From IMG/VR virus record IMGVR_UViG_3300010429_000409, positions 30,540 through 94,539 of that record: a stretch of 64,000 bases of DNA. One strand, given 5' to 3'. Source of the stretch: a virus. Taxonomy: Duplodnaviria > Caudoviricetes. The position numbers and the translations under genes were made by a program. How positions within the stretch are numbered: the stretch's first letter is position 1; every line of letters starts with the position of its first letter. This document shows, one piece after another, positions 36,245 to 47,248 of this stretch. The notes beneath the pieces were generated by a model, which made no database searches, was not told where the DNA came from, and was given only the letters and a program-made list of their open reading frames with translations.

Positions 36245-36678
36245 TGCTCAGGTGGTATCTTTACCTGTTGCCCAGCAGCACGTCTAGCATCCACCTCAAA
36301 TGGGTTGTCATAGTATGAGTGGAGGCTCTTACAAAAAAGCCAAATCCACACACTTGAAAGAATGTATAGAATGGGCTGGAAAACCCCAAACAAGAGTTGC
36401 TGTTTCACGTGCCTTTCTTCATGCGTTACCGTTTGGGCCACAACCTCGTACCCTTCTTTGATCAAGATGAATGGGCCAGATGACCACCCAGCCCAATTCC
36501 CCTTGGACATGTAGTTGAACGTGCGACACCCCTTGGGAACCACCAACAGGATTGCCCACCCTGTGAAGCGCCCCCACTTGAACTGTCCAAACGCCCACAT
36601 CGCCCCGATGTACAGAGCAGAAATCAGCGTGTTCACGATCATCCAGATGTTGCCCAGGATCAGCAGCAGCCACCTCAT
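36208..36678 (-). CDS. Membrane-associated HExxH metallopeptidase-like protein
   Basis: Hydrophobic N-terminus, HEERHVKQ, YYDNPFEVDAR; ATG 36678 with GGAGG. Confidence 0.6.
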   Translation of the reverse strand: MRWLLLILGNIWMIVNTLISALYIGAMWAFGQFKWGRFTGWAILLVVPKGCRTFNYMSKGNWAGWSSGPFILIKEGYEVVAQTVTHEERHVKQQLLFGVFQPILYILSSVWIWLFCKSLHSYYDNPFEVDARRAAGQQVKIPPEQWKDGKDRWAWW

Positions 36679-36879
36679 TGTGCGCCTCCGTTCTTCAGCT
36701 GAAAAGACTGTTGTGCCAAAATTTGTATTCCCCTCTTGTTGCGGGTCCCTGTGCGCATCACCACCCAACCTTCACCGACCATTAGCACTTGGCACTTGGC
36801 AGGGCTTCCGGTTGCATCCAATCCCTGCCTGCCCTTCATTTTGCACTCACGCACAAATGGGCACTGCCCACAGACTATT

Positions 36880-37554
36880 TCATCGCCCGTCGTCATGCGT
36901 TCCATCTTCCAACGGAGGAGCAACCATCTTCCTCCGGCCTCCGCCGATGACCTTGTTGGTCTTGGTTCTGGCACCCTTCCCCTTGGGAACATCCCTGACG
37001 TTGACAACCTCTGGAAGCTGCGGTGCACCCTCGTACAGGTTGCCAGGGTCCAATTCCGTGATGGAGCCCTCGGCCACACCCTTCATCAGCCTGTTCATGT
37101 TCCCCAGTTCACGAACAATGGCTGTTTTCAATTGCTCATTGGACAAGTTTGCCACCAACACACCTGCCACAATCCGCTTTTCCTCGGGCTTGCGGACCAC
37201 CAGGTCAAACTCCTGCCCCCGGTCGATGATGCGATCCAAGATGTCAGCTCGTGCCCGGACTGCTCCCACCATGGCGCTGTACTGGTTGGACCGTCTGAAT
37301 TGGCTGATCATGTCTGACAGATCGTGGATGTTCGCCATCTGGGCCAGGATGTATTCGCAATATACCTGCTCTGGTGGCTTGCGCTTCAGTTCCTCGGCCT
37401 TCACCCGGAACATGGCGCCCTTCAACTCCTGGTATTCATCCCCAGGCAGCCCCAACTCCCGCATCACATCGTTGTCACTCTTCCCCTCGCCCAGTGCCTC
37501 GAACATCCTTTGTGCCAGGGAAGCAATCTCACCTTTGGTCATGGACCGCGACAT
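36880..37554 (-). CDS. Probable terminase small subunit
   Basis: N-terminal HTH-like region plus helical core; first gene of the late operon, after a TATACT box. Confidence 0.45.
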   Translation of the reverse strand: MSRSMTKGEIASLAQRMFEALGEGKSDNDVMRELGLPGDEYQELKGAMFRVKAEELKRKPPEQVYCEYILAQMANIHDLSDMISQFRRSNQYSAMVGAVRARADILDRIIDRGQEFDLVVRKPEEKRIVAGVLVANLSNEQLKTAIVRELGNMNRLMKGVAEGSITELDPGNLYEGAPQLPEVVNVRDVPKGKGARTKTNKVIGGGRRKMVAPPLEDGTHDDGR

Positions 37555-37615
37555 GGCTCACTCCACCCGGTGTCACCTGCCAAGCAAGAATGACAACCGT
37601 CAAGTACACGGGTGG

Positions 37616-37648
37616 AGTATAACGGATGGATTGGTGGCCAGGAAATTT
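37616..37648 (-). promoter_or_regulatory. Candidate late-operon promoter
   Basis: AAATTT-N21-TATACT in the intergenic gap ahead of the packaging genes. Confidence 0.4.
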
Positions 37649-37779
37649 CTGGGGGGTTCAGTGCCGAGTAGGATCTTGGTCTGAGGGCTTCCGCTTTCCT
37701 CCGAACAAGGTTTCAAATACAGCAAGGTACACGGAGATCACCAAGCACAATCCGATGCATCCTGCCACTTCCTCGCAGC

Positions 37780-38496
37780 TCATTTTGCCCTTCCATTCCT
37801 GAGCTTGTCAATCTGCTCTTGGATCACCTTGTGCTGGGCCATGTAGCCATCCAGCTCCGCATCTGACCATCGCTTGACCATCGGGTTCCAATCGCCTGTT
37901 TGGATGTTCATCACAGGCCCGATTGCGTTTTCAATCTCGCTCACAAACCGGATGAACGCTTCATCGAGCCAAGGCGGAGTCCAACAACCACTCCGGCAGA
38001 TGTGCACCGCTCCCAGCTTCACCTTTGGGAGCCGTCCGGCCTCCATGGTGGTCAGCTTCACCCTGCTGTTGAGATCATCTGGAAGAGGGCAATTTTCAAT
38101 CCGCTCTGCCCCAGGATGGACCCACACCATGCGCCGGTTCCGCCTCTGCTCCAACCACACTCTGGCCCAATTGTGACAAGCCACTTCGCCCGGCCGCTCT
38201 GCGTCCCAGCAGTCATGATGCGCATCCACAAGGATAACGCGCTGGGCCTCCGTGGTCACATCATAGGCAAAGCAGTGCGAATCAGACACCACCAAGCAGG
38301 CTCCGGACAAATCAGCCCATGACGACACCCAACGCCAAAACAAACCTTCCCGGCCGTCTGTCTTCATCTCATCGTACAACCACAGCCTGGTGGCCCACAA
38401 CGCTTTCAGGAAGAACAGCGCCTCACGGTGGCCCACGTCCCATTCAATTTTCTCTGGAACAAAAAAGTCCCAATCCACGCTGAGCACAGTTCTCAT
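37780..38496 (-). CDS. Arginase/deacetylase-fold (UPF0489-like) metal-binding protein
   Basis: LSVDWDFF, DSH, VDAHHD, ICRSGCWTP motifs. Confidence 0.5.
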   Translation of the reverse strand: MRTVLSVDWDFFVPEKIEWDVGHREALFFLKALWATRLWLYDEMKTDGREGLFWRWVSSWADLSGACLVVSDSHCFAYDVTTEAQRVILVDAHHDCWDAERPGEVACHNWARVWLEQRRNRRMVWVHPGAERIENCPLPDDLNSRVKLTTMEAGRLPKVKLGAVHICRSGCWTPPWLDEAFIRFVSEIENAIGPVMNIQTGDWNPMVKRWSDAELDGYMAQHKVIQEQIDKLRNGRAK

Positions 38497-38503
38497 CGGA
38501 GCC

Positions 38504-38992
38504 TCACGCCTTCCGAGTCATCATGCTGGCAGGGATGTACCACCTGCTCCCTGCCGAGCACCGAACCACCCAACGCTTCTTGCCAAACCGGATGATGGTG
38601 CCGGTGCGCTTGTAACCGCTGTTGCTATCGGTCCACTCCACCTCGTCACCCACCTGGAAGTCACCATGGCGCTTGTCCAGGTTGTCCTGCCGCTCATTCC
38701 TGAACTGGTGCAGCTTGTTCTTGGCCTCCGTTGCCGCCCTGTGCAGCTCATCCGGGTCGGTGGAGGTGGGCAGCGCCTCCATCATCGAGGGTGGCCCGCT
38801 CCATTCGATGCGCCCGGCCGGAGTCTCGCAGAACACCACCCAACGCTGCTTGCCCATCCGGGCGATCACACCCTCCAGCAGGCCACGTCTGCTCCGGATG
38901 CGCACACGCATCCCAACCCTGAACTTGGAGGTGGAATTGACCATGGCCGCTTCCCGCTCCATCTTGATCATTTCCTTGACGATGTCGTTCAT
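38504..38992 (-). CDS. Tandem SH3/KOW-like domain protein
   Basis: FRVGMRV...GVIARMGKQRWVV and FQVGDEV...GTIIRFGKKRWVV duplicated. Confidence 0.55.
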   Translation of the reverse strand: MNDIVKEMIKMEREAAMVNSTSKFRVGMRVRIRSRRGLLEGVIARMGKQRWVVFCETPAGRIEWSGPPSMMEALPTSTDPDELHRAATEAKNKLHQFRNERQDNLDKRHGDFQVGDEVEWTDSNSGYKRTGTIIRFGKKRWVVRCSAGSRWYIPASMMTRKA

Positions 38993-39237
38993 GGCTTCCT
39001 CCGATTGGTCTATGGTCACAGGCTCTTGCCCAACTCGTAACCGATGTCAGTCACCCACTTCACCGGGGTGATGCGGACCACGTGGGTGAAGGGGTCCACA
39101 GGGGCCACAGCCACCCAACCCGCTCTGCTGCCAGTCCTGGAAGGGGTGACCACCACGCGGGCACTCGGCCCATCCTGCGTCTGCACGATGTACTCTTGGC
39201 GATTGTTCTGGTTCATGACTTCCTCCGGTTCCCCTGG

Positions 39238-39522
39238 TTAGCCTCGGGCCACGTACACATCCGCGCCCTGGGAGCGCAGGACCTTGAGCGCCTGCTGGAA
39301 AAGCTCACCCAGAAGGCTCTTGGTTTTCTCAACCTCAGCAATCTCAACCTCGGAACGCTTGAAGGTCTTGGAACCCTCGTGCTTGGAGTTGGTGCCCTTG
39401 ACCCAGATGCACTCGCCCCACACGTGAACCAACCCCTCCCCGCCCTTCGGGAATTCAAGCTGCTGAACGATGTACTTGCGCCCGGTTGCCTTTTCAGTTG
39501 CGGTGCGGATGGTCTTGTTCAT
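39238..39522 (-). CDS. Hypothetical early protein
   Basis: Leader CAGGAGGAACGCACG-ATG just downstream of promoter module copy 1. Confidence 0.65.
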   Translation of the reverse strand: MNKTIRTATEKATGRKYIVQQLEFPKGGEGLVHVWGECIWVKGTNSKHEGSKTFKRSEVEIAEVEKTKSLLGELFQQALKVLRSQGADVYVARG

Positions 39523-39547
39523 CGTGCGTTCCTCCTGTCCCTCCTGC

Positions 39548-39738
39548 TATGCGAAAACCATACCGTTTCAAACCAAAGTTGGTATGGCCCAGATTGTAAA
39601 TTGAATTTGTGTTTTTTGAATCACGGCACGGTAGGCAAAATTGTAACTTTTTTTCGTACCAATTTCGCCACTTTTGTTTAGATTCAAATACTTCAATGTG
39701 GGAAAACTTTTCGCGGGGTACGAAAAAAGGTTACAATT
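39548..39738 (-). promoter_or_regulatory. Repeated promoter module copy 1 (sigma54-like box plus 22-bp inverted repeats)
   Basis: Minus-strand CGGTATGGTTTTCGCATA; arms at 39639-39660 and 39717-39738. Confidence 0.75.
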
Positions 39739-40813
39739 TCACGCACCCTCCTGGCAAGCCATGGGGCGCAAGGCCACGATCCATCAGATTCCAGCAGCCG
39801 TGACGCAGGTGCGTTCCGCAAATGCCACATGGGTCGTTGCATGCATCATGACAACTGAAGCGCACCTAGTGCACAAAGAGCCACATGCGCGCACAGTCTT
39901 TGAATCTTCCGTGCACCGACCCATCATGTTACTGTGTTTTGTCAGTTCAGGTGATCGCACCGACAACCAAGCGCCCGACCTTGGTGGCAGACTGCCACTC
40001 AATGACGAACATGTTGTTCAGTCCGGTTCTGGCCAGGGCTTCACTCCGGGCTCTGACAGCCTGCTGGGCCTCGATTGCCGTTGGGTGGTCCTCATCCTTC
40101 TGGCCGTCACTCCAGCTGATGCGCCAGCCGCCTTCCGGCCGCTCCTTGATGACAGCTTTGAACTTGGCATAGCGTGGAGTCATCCTCAGCCTCCGTTGCC
40201 ATCCGCCTTCTTGCCCTTCTGCTGCAGGATGTACCACCTGGCAGCATCCAGCACAGCCAAGGCGCTCTCATCATCCAGGTCCTTGACCACCATCACCACC
40301 TGCTGGGCTCTGGCGATGGTCAGCCAGATGTCATCCAACGGGGTGGAAGCACCCTCCGGCCGTGCCCCGTTCCCGTTGTCAACCGCATTGTCCGCCTTGA
40401 TCTCGCCCGCATCCACCTTGTCCTTGTACTGCTTGACCAGGTATCTGATCTGGCAGCCGTTGAGGTTGCGCAACTCAGGGAATCGCTTGGCAGCGATCTG
40501 CTGGGCCTTGGCCACCCAGCGCCTGCCATTGGCATTGGCCGCTATGAACAAGGCAGTCACAGCCTCCAGCCGCACGTCATCGAAGTACAACCGTTTGGCT
40601 CTGCTCTTCACCACACACCTCCTCAGTGACCACACGGTCACGCTCGTTTTCAACCTTGCGCGACACACGCACGTGCTTCAGGCAGATGCCAGAGGCATCC
40701 ACACCCTCGCCCTTGAACTCTTCCAGACGGCAGGTGCCGCTCCTGCCCTGCTTCCAAGTCCACCGCTTGCAATTGATGCAGGCATCCTCGGGAATCTTCA
40801 CCACACACCTCCT

Positions 40814-41479
40814 TCAATCGCACTCGATGCTTTCCACCCAAATGGCGTCCAGCCCAAAGAACTTGGCCATTTCATCCGACCCACGCCTGGCCCAGCCCAC
40901 CCCATTGGGCACCTTCGGCAGCAGCCTGTAGCCCGTCCCAAACCCAGACGGATAGAACATGGCAGGCTTCCCCGAGGCCAACAGCTTGACCAGCTCCGCC
41001 TTCCGCTCCGGTGACACGGTGTAGGGGATGCCAGGCACACCCAGTGCCGTCCGGTAGTATTCCACCCGCTCGTTGATGCGCTTGTCCTGCGCCCGGATGA
41101 CCGTGGCCGGGTCCTCAGTCTCGTTGGTGTGGAAGGAATCATCCACGCCCGTCCTGTCGAAGCTGTACCAGGCCCCATCCCGTGTGAACCGCGTGGTGCC
41201 CGACACCTCCACCCGATGCGCACCCGACCACATCCCATCGCCCCGGCAGATCCTGAAGAACAGCTGGCGCCCTTCGGCCACCTTCTTGACCACCACCGTC
41301 TGCGTTCCCGGCTGCGAGCAGGTGCCGCTGGGATACATCATCCCATCCACCAGCTCCACCTCCCAGCCATCCGCCTCCGCCGCAGCCACCAGGCGCTTCA
41401 GATACTTGCGCTGGTCCGCAGCCGTGCCTTTGGCCGCGCTGTTCTTCCCCAATCGGGTCTTGCTCTGGTACTTGGCCAT
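40814..41479 (-). CDS. Hypothetical early protein
   Basis: RBS AGGAGGG; 221 aa. Confidence 0.65.
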   Translation of the reverse strand: MAKYQSKTRLGKNSAAKGTAADQRKYLKRLVAAAEADGWEVELVDGMMYPSGTCSQPGTQTVVVKKVAEGRQLFFRICRGDGMWSGAHRVEVSGTTRFTRDGAWYSFDRTGVDDSFHTNETEDPATVIRAQDKRINERVEYYRTALGVPGIPYTVSPERKAELVKLLASGKPAMFYPSGFGTGYRLLPKVPNGVGWARRGSDEMAKFFGLDAIWVESIECD

Positions 41480-41973
41480 GATTCCCTCCTGTATTCTTCC
41501 TCAGCCCCTGGCCATCCGCTGAACCAGCCACCCCAGGTGGTCCTGCTCCCCGATCAACTTCACCTCCAGCTCATCCCCTCCGGGCAGGTCCACCCTCACG
41601 ATCAACACGCCCTGCTCCACCCCTCCGATGTCCATCCTGGCCTTGCCCGCGTGCTCCTCATCCAGCGCCTTCAGCGCCTTCAGAGTCCGCTCCAGCCCCG
41701 CCTTCCGCACCACCGGCAGGCCCCGGAACACCTCGTTGCCCATCCGCGCAACCTTGGTCTCCACGATGCTGATCTGACGTCCCATGGCTTCCTCCCGTTC
41801 CAGCATTTCAATTTCCGCTTCCCATCTGGCCTTCACAATCGGCAAACACTTCTCACATGCGGCCGATGTCTCAGGCTCCTTGCTCCCAGTCCACCCAATT
41901 GGGTCCGGCAGCCCTTCCTCGATGACTGCTCCGCATTCAAAACAAGTCTTTTTCAAGTCACCCTCCGCCATCC

Positions 41974-42312
41974 TCAGAAGCTCACCGACCCACCCGCCTG
42001 GAACCGCTCCGCCCACACCTTGTACTGGCTGAGGTGCGCCTTGTAGCTGGCCAGCGCCTTCTCCACCTCCGCCTGGCCTTCCTCCGCCGAACCCACCCGG
42101 GCCACCACCTGGTAGTTGCCACCCAGGATGTCCAGACCGTGCACACCCTTGGTCTCATCCGAGTAGCACTTGAACTCGGAAGCGCCCGGGCAGTGCTCGA
42201 ACCGGGTGATGTCCACGACCACGGCCTGAACCTGCTCCTTGGTTCCGCGCCGCACGAACACCACCGTGTCGCCCACGTTCAGCCTGCCAGCGGAAAAAGC
42301 GGAGTTCAACAT
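41974..42312 (-). CDS. Hypothetical early protein
   Basis: RBS AGGAGG; 112 aa. Confidence 0.6.
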   Translation of the reverse strand: MLNSAFSAGRLNVGDTVVFVRRGTKEQVQAVVVDITRFEHCPGASEFKCYSDETKGVHGLDILGGNYQVVARVGSAEEGQAEVEKALASYKAHLSQYKVWAERFQAGGSVSF

Positions 42313-42338
42313 GGTCTGCCTCCTGGCCTTGTTCTAGG

Positions 42339-42563
42339 TTACTTGGACCGCACGATGCTGACCTGGTATTCCCGGTCACCGATGCGCACGACCAGGCCCG
42401 CATTCCCGCTCATGACCCCGGCCTCGCTGAAGGTCCGGATGCTGACCCGCGCCTCAGTCTCATTCCCCTCGGCATCGCACGCCAGCTTGTCGGCCTCAGC
42501 CTCCAGAATCTCGCGCACGTTCATCTCCACCACCTGAGTCTCGGTCATGTAGCACTTGGTCAT
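42339..42563 (-). CDS. Hypothetical early protein
   Basis: RBS GGAGG; first gene after promoter module copy 2. Confidence 0.6.
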   Translation of the reverse strand: MTKCYMTETQVVEMNVREILEAEADKLACDAEGNETEARVSIRTFSEAGVMSGNAGLVVRIGDREYQVSIVRSK

Positions 42564-42599
42564 GTTAGCCTCCGTTTGTCAACCGCCTGCTCCTGAGAG

Positions 42600-42800
42600 T
42601 ATGCGAAAAGCATACCGCTTCAAACCAAACCACATAACTGTATGTGACATATCTGATTCTTGCGTTTGCGGACAACAGGCAGTCGGGATTGAATTGTAAC
42701 CTTTTTTCGTACCCCACCAGCCATTTGCCACCACTCCTCATATCTTTCAATCGCTTCAATGTGGCTACTCTTTTCTTGGTGGTCCGAAAACTTTTCCTGT
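42600..42800 (-). promoter_or_regulatory. Repeated promoter module copy 2
   Basis: Minus-strand CGGTATGCTTTTCGCATA; 22-mer AATTGTAACCTTTTTTCGTACC at 42692-42713; second arm degenerate. Confidence 0.7.
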
Positions 42801-44700
42801 TTCAATATGTACCAGAATTGTTTTGACTTTACCCTCCGCCACGGCTGGCTGGCAAGCACATCTGACAGCCTGGCAGCCTGACGGCCTGTGGCCTATTATC
42901 CCATGGGCATTTCTAGCTAAGTGCATGGGACAATACAGATATTTCAATTTTTGATATCCTGTATTTTGGCGTGTGCTGTGTAGGTCAGCCACCCACACAC
43001 CAGCGCACCCGCGCACCCCTTCGGTTTTCATCCCAGTGGGGGTGTTGTTCAGCTTCAATCCTCCGCGCCCTGTCTCCAGCTGGCGGCATCGCTCCGGCCT
43101 GGCACCAGGCGCACCCCACACCCCTTCAGCCTAACAGCACAGACATCAATGACAGCACTGTAGACCGATGTCAACGCTGTTAGGCGCTCCGGCTTGCGCA
43201 CGCACCTCGCCTTCCGGGCTGCTACAGCGTGCTACAATGCCAACAGCACCTCCTGCCCTTGTCAGCGCTGTTGCCCCTGTAGCTGTTCTGATTCATCCCA
43301 GCGCCTTGCTCCACAGCCTCGGTTCCAGCCCATCCTCCTGCCTGCACATTGACTTCAAGCCCATTGCACATTCGGGCGCAAGATTGCTGGTTTCAATTCA
43401 TCCCATCCCAGTTCAATGTGCATGGGCCGGGTTCAGCGATGTGCAGCTGGTTCGCACCCATCTGTGCCGATGTGCAGCACTGCAGAGATTTGTCACGTGG
43501 CATCCTTCTGCAGCGACCCCATTGCCTATGGATGATGCACATTGCAATCATGGATGGACATTTCGAGATATGGCACGCTTGCGGCCCACCTGCTTGCGGC
43601 TGGTTCTGTGCATCGCAACTGCGACTGCATACGATTTCCATTGCCTATGGGCGAAGGCACGCTGTCCATCTCCCCCCAGCTTCCATCTGCCCTTGTGCGC
43701 ACAAGCCACCATCTTTGCAGGAGTTTGCCATATGCCATATGCCTGCAGCACACCCAATGTCTATGGGCGATTCACTCCTGCGCCTGGGTTGCTGGCGGGT
43801 GGAGGCCAGGCGCACGCCGGGCTGCTACATTGGTTGACAGCACCTACAGCAGCCGGGCTGATGTCAGCCTTGTAGCCTCGGGCGCTTGGCCGTTTGGCAG
43901 GGCGCTACAGCGCCTGACAGCGTGTACAGCAGCAAACATTGATGCTTGCTTGTAGGCGTGCTGTTGCCCCGGGCCTGGCCTGGGGTGCCTTGGCCGTGTG
44001 GTGTGTGGGCCAGAGGTGCAGTTTCAAGCGCACGCACGCATCCGCGCACCTTGTACCGTGTTTTGAATCCGTCTGCCTTTTGAACCCCAAGACAGACCCT
44101 GAATCCGTCCGATTCCTCCGATTCTCAGGAACACGCGTGTGCGTCCGGGAAGATGTAGGTTGTGTTATGGGCTTTCCATGATTGATGTCTGTGATTTCTT
44201 TGGTGTTCACGTTCTCTGGTTTTTCCTTCCTTTCACAACGGGATTCCGCCTGTCTTTGGTCAATCTCGTGGTTCTCTTCTTGTTCTCTCGTGTGGCTTGG
44301 TTCTTTCCACGCTGCAGGGTGCAGATGGTGTCGGTTGGGTGGTGGATGGTGTGATTGTTATCTTTCATCTAATGGTTGCGCTTTCCATGTGCGCTGTTGG
44401 ATAAACCTAGTTGCAAGGAGTCGCTGGGGCAATGAAACACCCACAACCGTATGGGTAGATGCATCTCATTCTATGACAAGAAATCATAAAGCTGTATAGA
44501 ATGGCGTATGTTTAGCCATGCCCGAATGGATGGTGAGAAAAAATACAACTTAGACTTTGAAGCTTGGTTGTCTTGGCGGTCTTTGAAGTTTTGCTGACAG
44601 GTTAGCTTTCCACAGGCAATCGTGGGAACCTGACCGCCATCCGAAAGATTCTATACAAGATTATCAGTGTTGCTGGGTGATGGAGGCTGGGAGCAAGTCA
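42800..44700. other. Gene-poor region (candidate origin, genome terminus or structured RNA)
   Basis: No ORF with phage-like codon usage and RBS; many ACAGC motifs; strand composition switch. Confidence 0.45.
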
Positions 44701-45057
44701 TTGAATCTTGTGGGTTGCCAGGTTCATCCCCGAGGATGCCTTGTGACAACTCGTTGGCAATGAGCGCACCACATCTGGCCCAAGAGGTTCATCCGGAGGC
44801 CCAGGTGAACTCCGACCCTGCACAGCGTGTTGCGCAGGACCAGATGGATGGCCCTGCTGAGCCAATATGCCTTCATGACTTGCGTTCCCCTTCCTCTGCT
44901 ACCATGTCTGTCAACGTGGACCACACCTGGTCCAAGGTGACGCTTTCCACGTCCACCTCTGCGTTGCTGACCTCTTCCAGCTTGTGACAGAAGTCACAGA
45001 AGGCTCCGGTCAGGTCCTTGGGCATCTGCTTCAGGCATTCCTTCAGCGTCATCTTGT

Positions 45058-45369
45058 TCACCCTTTCTTCAGCGGATATGCCTTGCGGACGGGATTGTTG
45101 GGCATGCAGCACCCTTCCCCTATCGCCAAGGCGCTCCTGAACCGCTCAGCAATCTTGCACCTCCAGCGCCCTTCATCCTTGTTGTACCACAGCCACGGGC
45201 ATCCCTGCTGCTCCCCCATTGCCTCCAGCGGGTCCTTGTACAGCTTGCCCTCGGCCATGTAGCTGGGTTGGCACCTACCTGAGCGGCAGCAATAGCCACA
45301 GCCCACGCACCGTTTTGCTCCGGGCTTGAGCTTGTCCTTGGGCTGGAGCCTTGTGTGGGCCCTGGTCAC
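45058..45369 (-). CDS. Cys-cluster protein (YkgJ/CxxCxxCC-like)
   Basis: CVGCGYCC...CPWL...CKI. Confidence 0.55.
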   Translation of the reverse strand: MTRAHTRLQPKDKLKPGAKRCVGCGYCCRSGRCQPSYMAEGKLYKDPLEAMGEQQGCPWLWYNKDEGRWRCKIAERFRSALAIGEGCCMPNNPVRKAYPLKKG

Positions 45370-45939
45370 CGAACCTTCCTCCGGCCATCTATGCGTGCGT
45401 GCGCTGCAGCGAGGGCAGAGGCTCGCAGGAAGCAGATGACAGCCTCATCTTCCTCTTCACTCTCGAACCCAATGGGTGACTTGATCTTCAGCGCCCTCCG
45501 GAGCACTCCCAACTCCCTGGCGGTCAGGCCAACGCTGTACACGACAATGTCCTTGTTGCCCTTGTGCGGCACTGCCTTGGCCCCTTCTTGCAGCGGTTCA
45601 GAGTTTGGTCTGGGACTCGATTTCAAACGTCTCATCATAATCCTCCCCGCTATTGGGCGTGTTGCTGTACCACCCCTGGATGCACCCCTTGACCATGTAC
45701 TTGCCATCTGCCGGGTGGTCATCCCTGTCCCACAGCATGTCCGCCCCGATGCAGTTCCAGGACTCCCTGAACCACTCCACATCACTCAACCTTCCCTCGC
45801 CTGGGCTGGTCGTGTTCCCCTGCACATCTAGCAGCGTGACCTCACCCTCATCATCTTCCTCCCGACTGATCTGGACCACCACCGTCAGCAGTTGCGTCCA
45901 AACCTTCCGTTGGCCATACAACATGGTGATTCCCTCCTG

Positions 45940-46308
45940 TCATCGCCCCTTCCCAGACTTGCTGGGCGCCTTCTTGGCCTTCTTGTCCTGCTTGGCCGGA
46001 AGCTCAAGCACCCCGGTTCCCTTGCAATGCGGGCAAACCGTCCGGTTGCTCTTGGCCAGGATGGCCGCTTCAATGCCCCTGTATGTCCACGAATTGTCGC
46101 ACTTGTGGCACACCACATTGTCCTCTGACTCGATGATGAATCCCTCGTGCCATTCCATCCCCTCCTCATCATCAGAATCATGCGAACAACCGCACTCGGG
46201 GCAGCGCCAGCAATCCTCACAGATCCTGGGCTCATCTTCCTCGTCAGCCACCACAGGCTTGCCACAGACCAAGCACTCCATTCTTTTCACATCAGCACTT
46301 CTTGTCAT
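45940..46308 (-). CDS. Multi-CxxC zinc-binding protein
   Basis: Five CxxC pairs including CPHCKGTG. Confidence 0.5.
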   Translation of the reverse strand: MTRSADVKRMECLVCGKPVVADEEDEPRICEDCWRCPECGCSHDSDDEEGMEWHEGFIIESEDNVVCHKCDNSWTYRGIEAAILAKSNRTVCPHCKGTGVLELPAKQDKKAKKAPSKSGKGR

Positions 46309-46688
46309 AGCTTTTCCCACCACGGTTGGCGCTCGATGTCGATGAACAGCCTGTTCCAATCACCTTCAAACCTGACGGCCCGGTCATCAACATAGGCCAC
46401 GGCCAGAGGCTTGATGTTGGTCACCGCTGCAATGTACCCTTCCATGTTGTACCTTCGGAGCCAATCCCAAACTCCGCCCTCTGCCCTGGTCGTGAAGATG
46501 ACCAGCCGGAACCGTTTGGCAGCCTCATCCAGAAAGCCTCTGGCACCAGGAACCGGCTGGTTGAAGTTGTCCGGCCCGTGCCAGCCATCATAGTGATGTA
46601 GCACCCCATCGAAGTCCAGCGCAATGGTTGGCTTGGGCTTCTCAACCATCACCACAGGAAGTGCGCTTGATCCGTCTTGTTCGCTCAT
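46305..46688 (-). CDS. HAD-superfamily phosphatase
   Basis: IALDFDGVL, IFTTR, KP....YVDDRA. Confidence 0.8.
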   Translation of the reverse strand: MSEQDGSSALPVVMVEKPKPTIALDFDGVLHHYDGWHGPDNFNQPVPGARGFLDEAAKRFRLVIFTTRAEGGVWDWLRRYNMEGYIAAVTNIKPLAVAYVDDRAVRFEGDWNRLFIDIERQPWWEKL

Positions 46689-47248
46689 TTCCCACCACCT
46701 TTCTCAGCGCCACAGCGTGGGCAGCGTCCGGCCTGTTCACGGGCCATGGCGAGGCAATCTGGGTCATTGACAGCTTCCAACCCTTCCTCCCACTCATGGT
46801 TGGCAATCCTCTGCCCGCACTTGGGGCACACCTCCACCTCCTTGGTGTGGAGCAGGGTGTGCCGAATGACATTGCCCACGATGGCTTCCAGTTCCTTGGC
46901 TATCCTCCCGGCTGTGTTGATCTCGATGGCCCGCCCGCCCGTCACGATGTCAACCAGCCCCTTGGTGTATTCCTGCAACTCCGCATCCACCAATGCCTTG
47001 ATCGCTTCCCCGAGGATGGCATCTGAATCCGTGTTGCGCACCATGTCCGGATTCTTCCCCACCATCAGGCATGCCCATTCACGCACCCCAAACCCACCAC
47101 GCTCTGCCAACCGCTCCAAGGTCTGGCTTGAACCAAACAGCCGGGTGTATGTCTTGTATGCGCGCTCTGCTATGGACCACGGGATGTCCAGCCTGTTACC
47201 TCCGATGGCCCATGGTTGCAGCGGGAATCTTCTGGCACTCATCGTCAT
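46685..47248 (-). CDS. Hypothetical protein
   Basis: IPWSIAERAY..Y......QTLERLAERGGFG N-terminal domain; C-terminal CxxC pairs. Confidence 0.5.
   Translation of the reverse strand: MTMSARRFPLQPWAIGGNRLDIPWSIAERAYKTYTRLFGSSQTLERLAERGGFGVREWACLMVGKNPDMVRNTDSDAILGEAIKALVDAELQEYTKGLVDIVTGGRAIEINTAGRIAKELEAIVGNVIRHTLLHTKEVEVCPKCGQRIANHEWEEGLEAVNDPDCLAMAREQAGRCPRCGAEKGGGK

Noticed and set aside
39639-39738. 22-bp inverted repeats as MITE/IS ends
   Set aside because: No target duplications, divergent interiors, and a fixed distance to a promoter-like box in all copies favour a regulatory role.
46305-46688. Trp-containing C-termini (RQPWWEKL; also DRWAWW at 36208) as further tag copies
   Set aside because: They do not match K-x-F-W-x-G-hydrophobic-hydrophobic.
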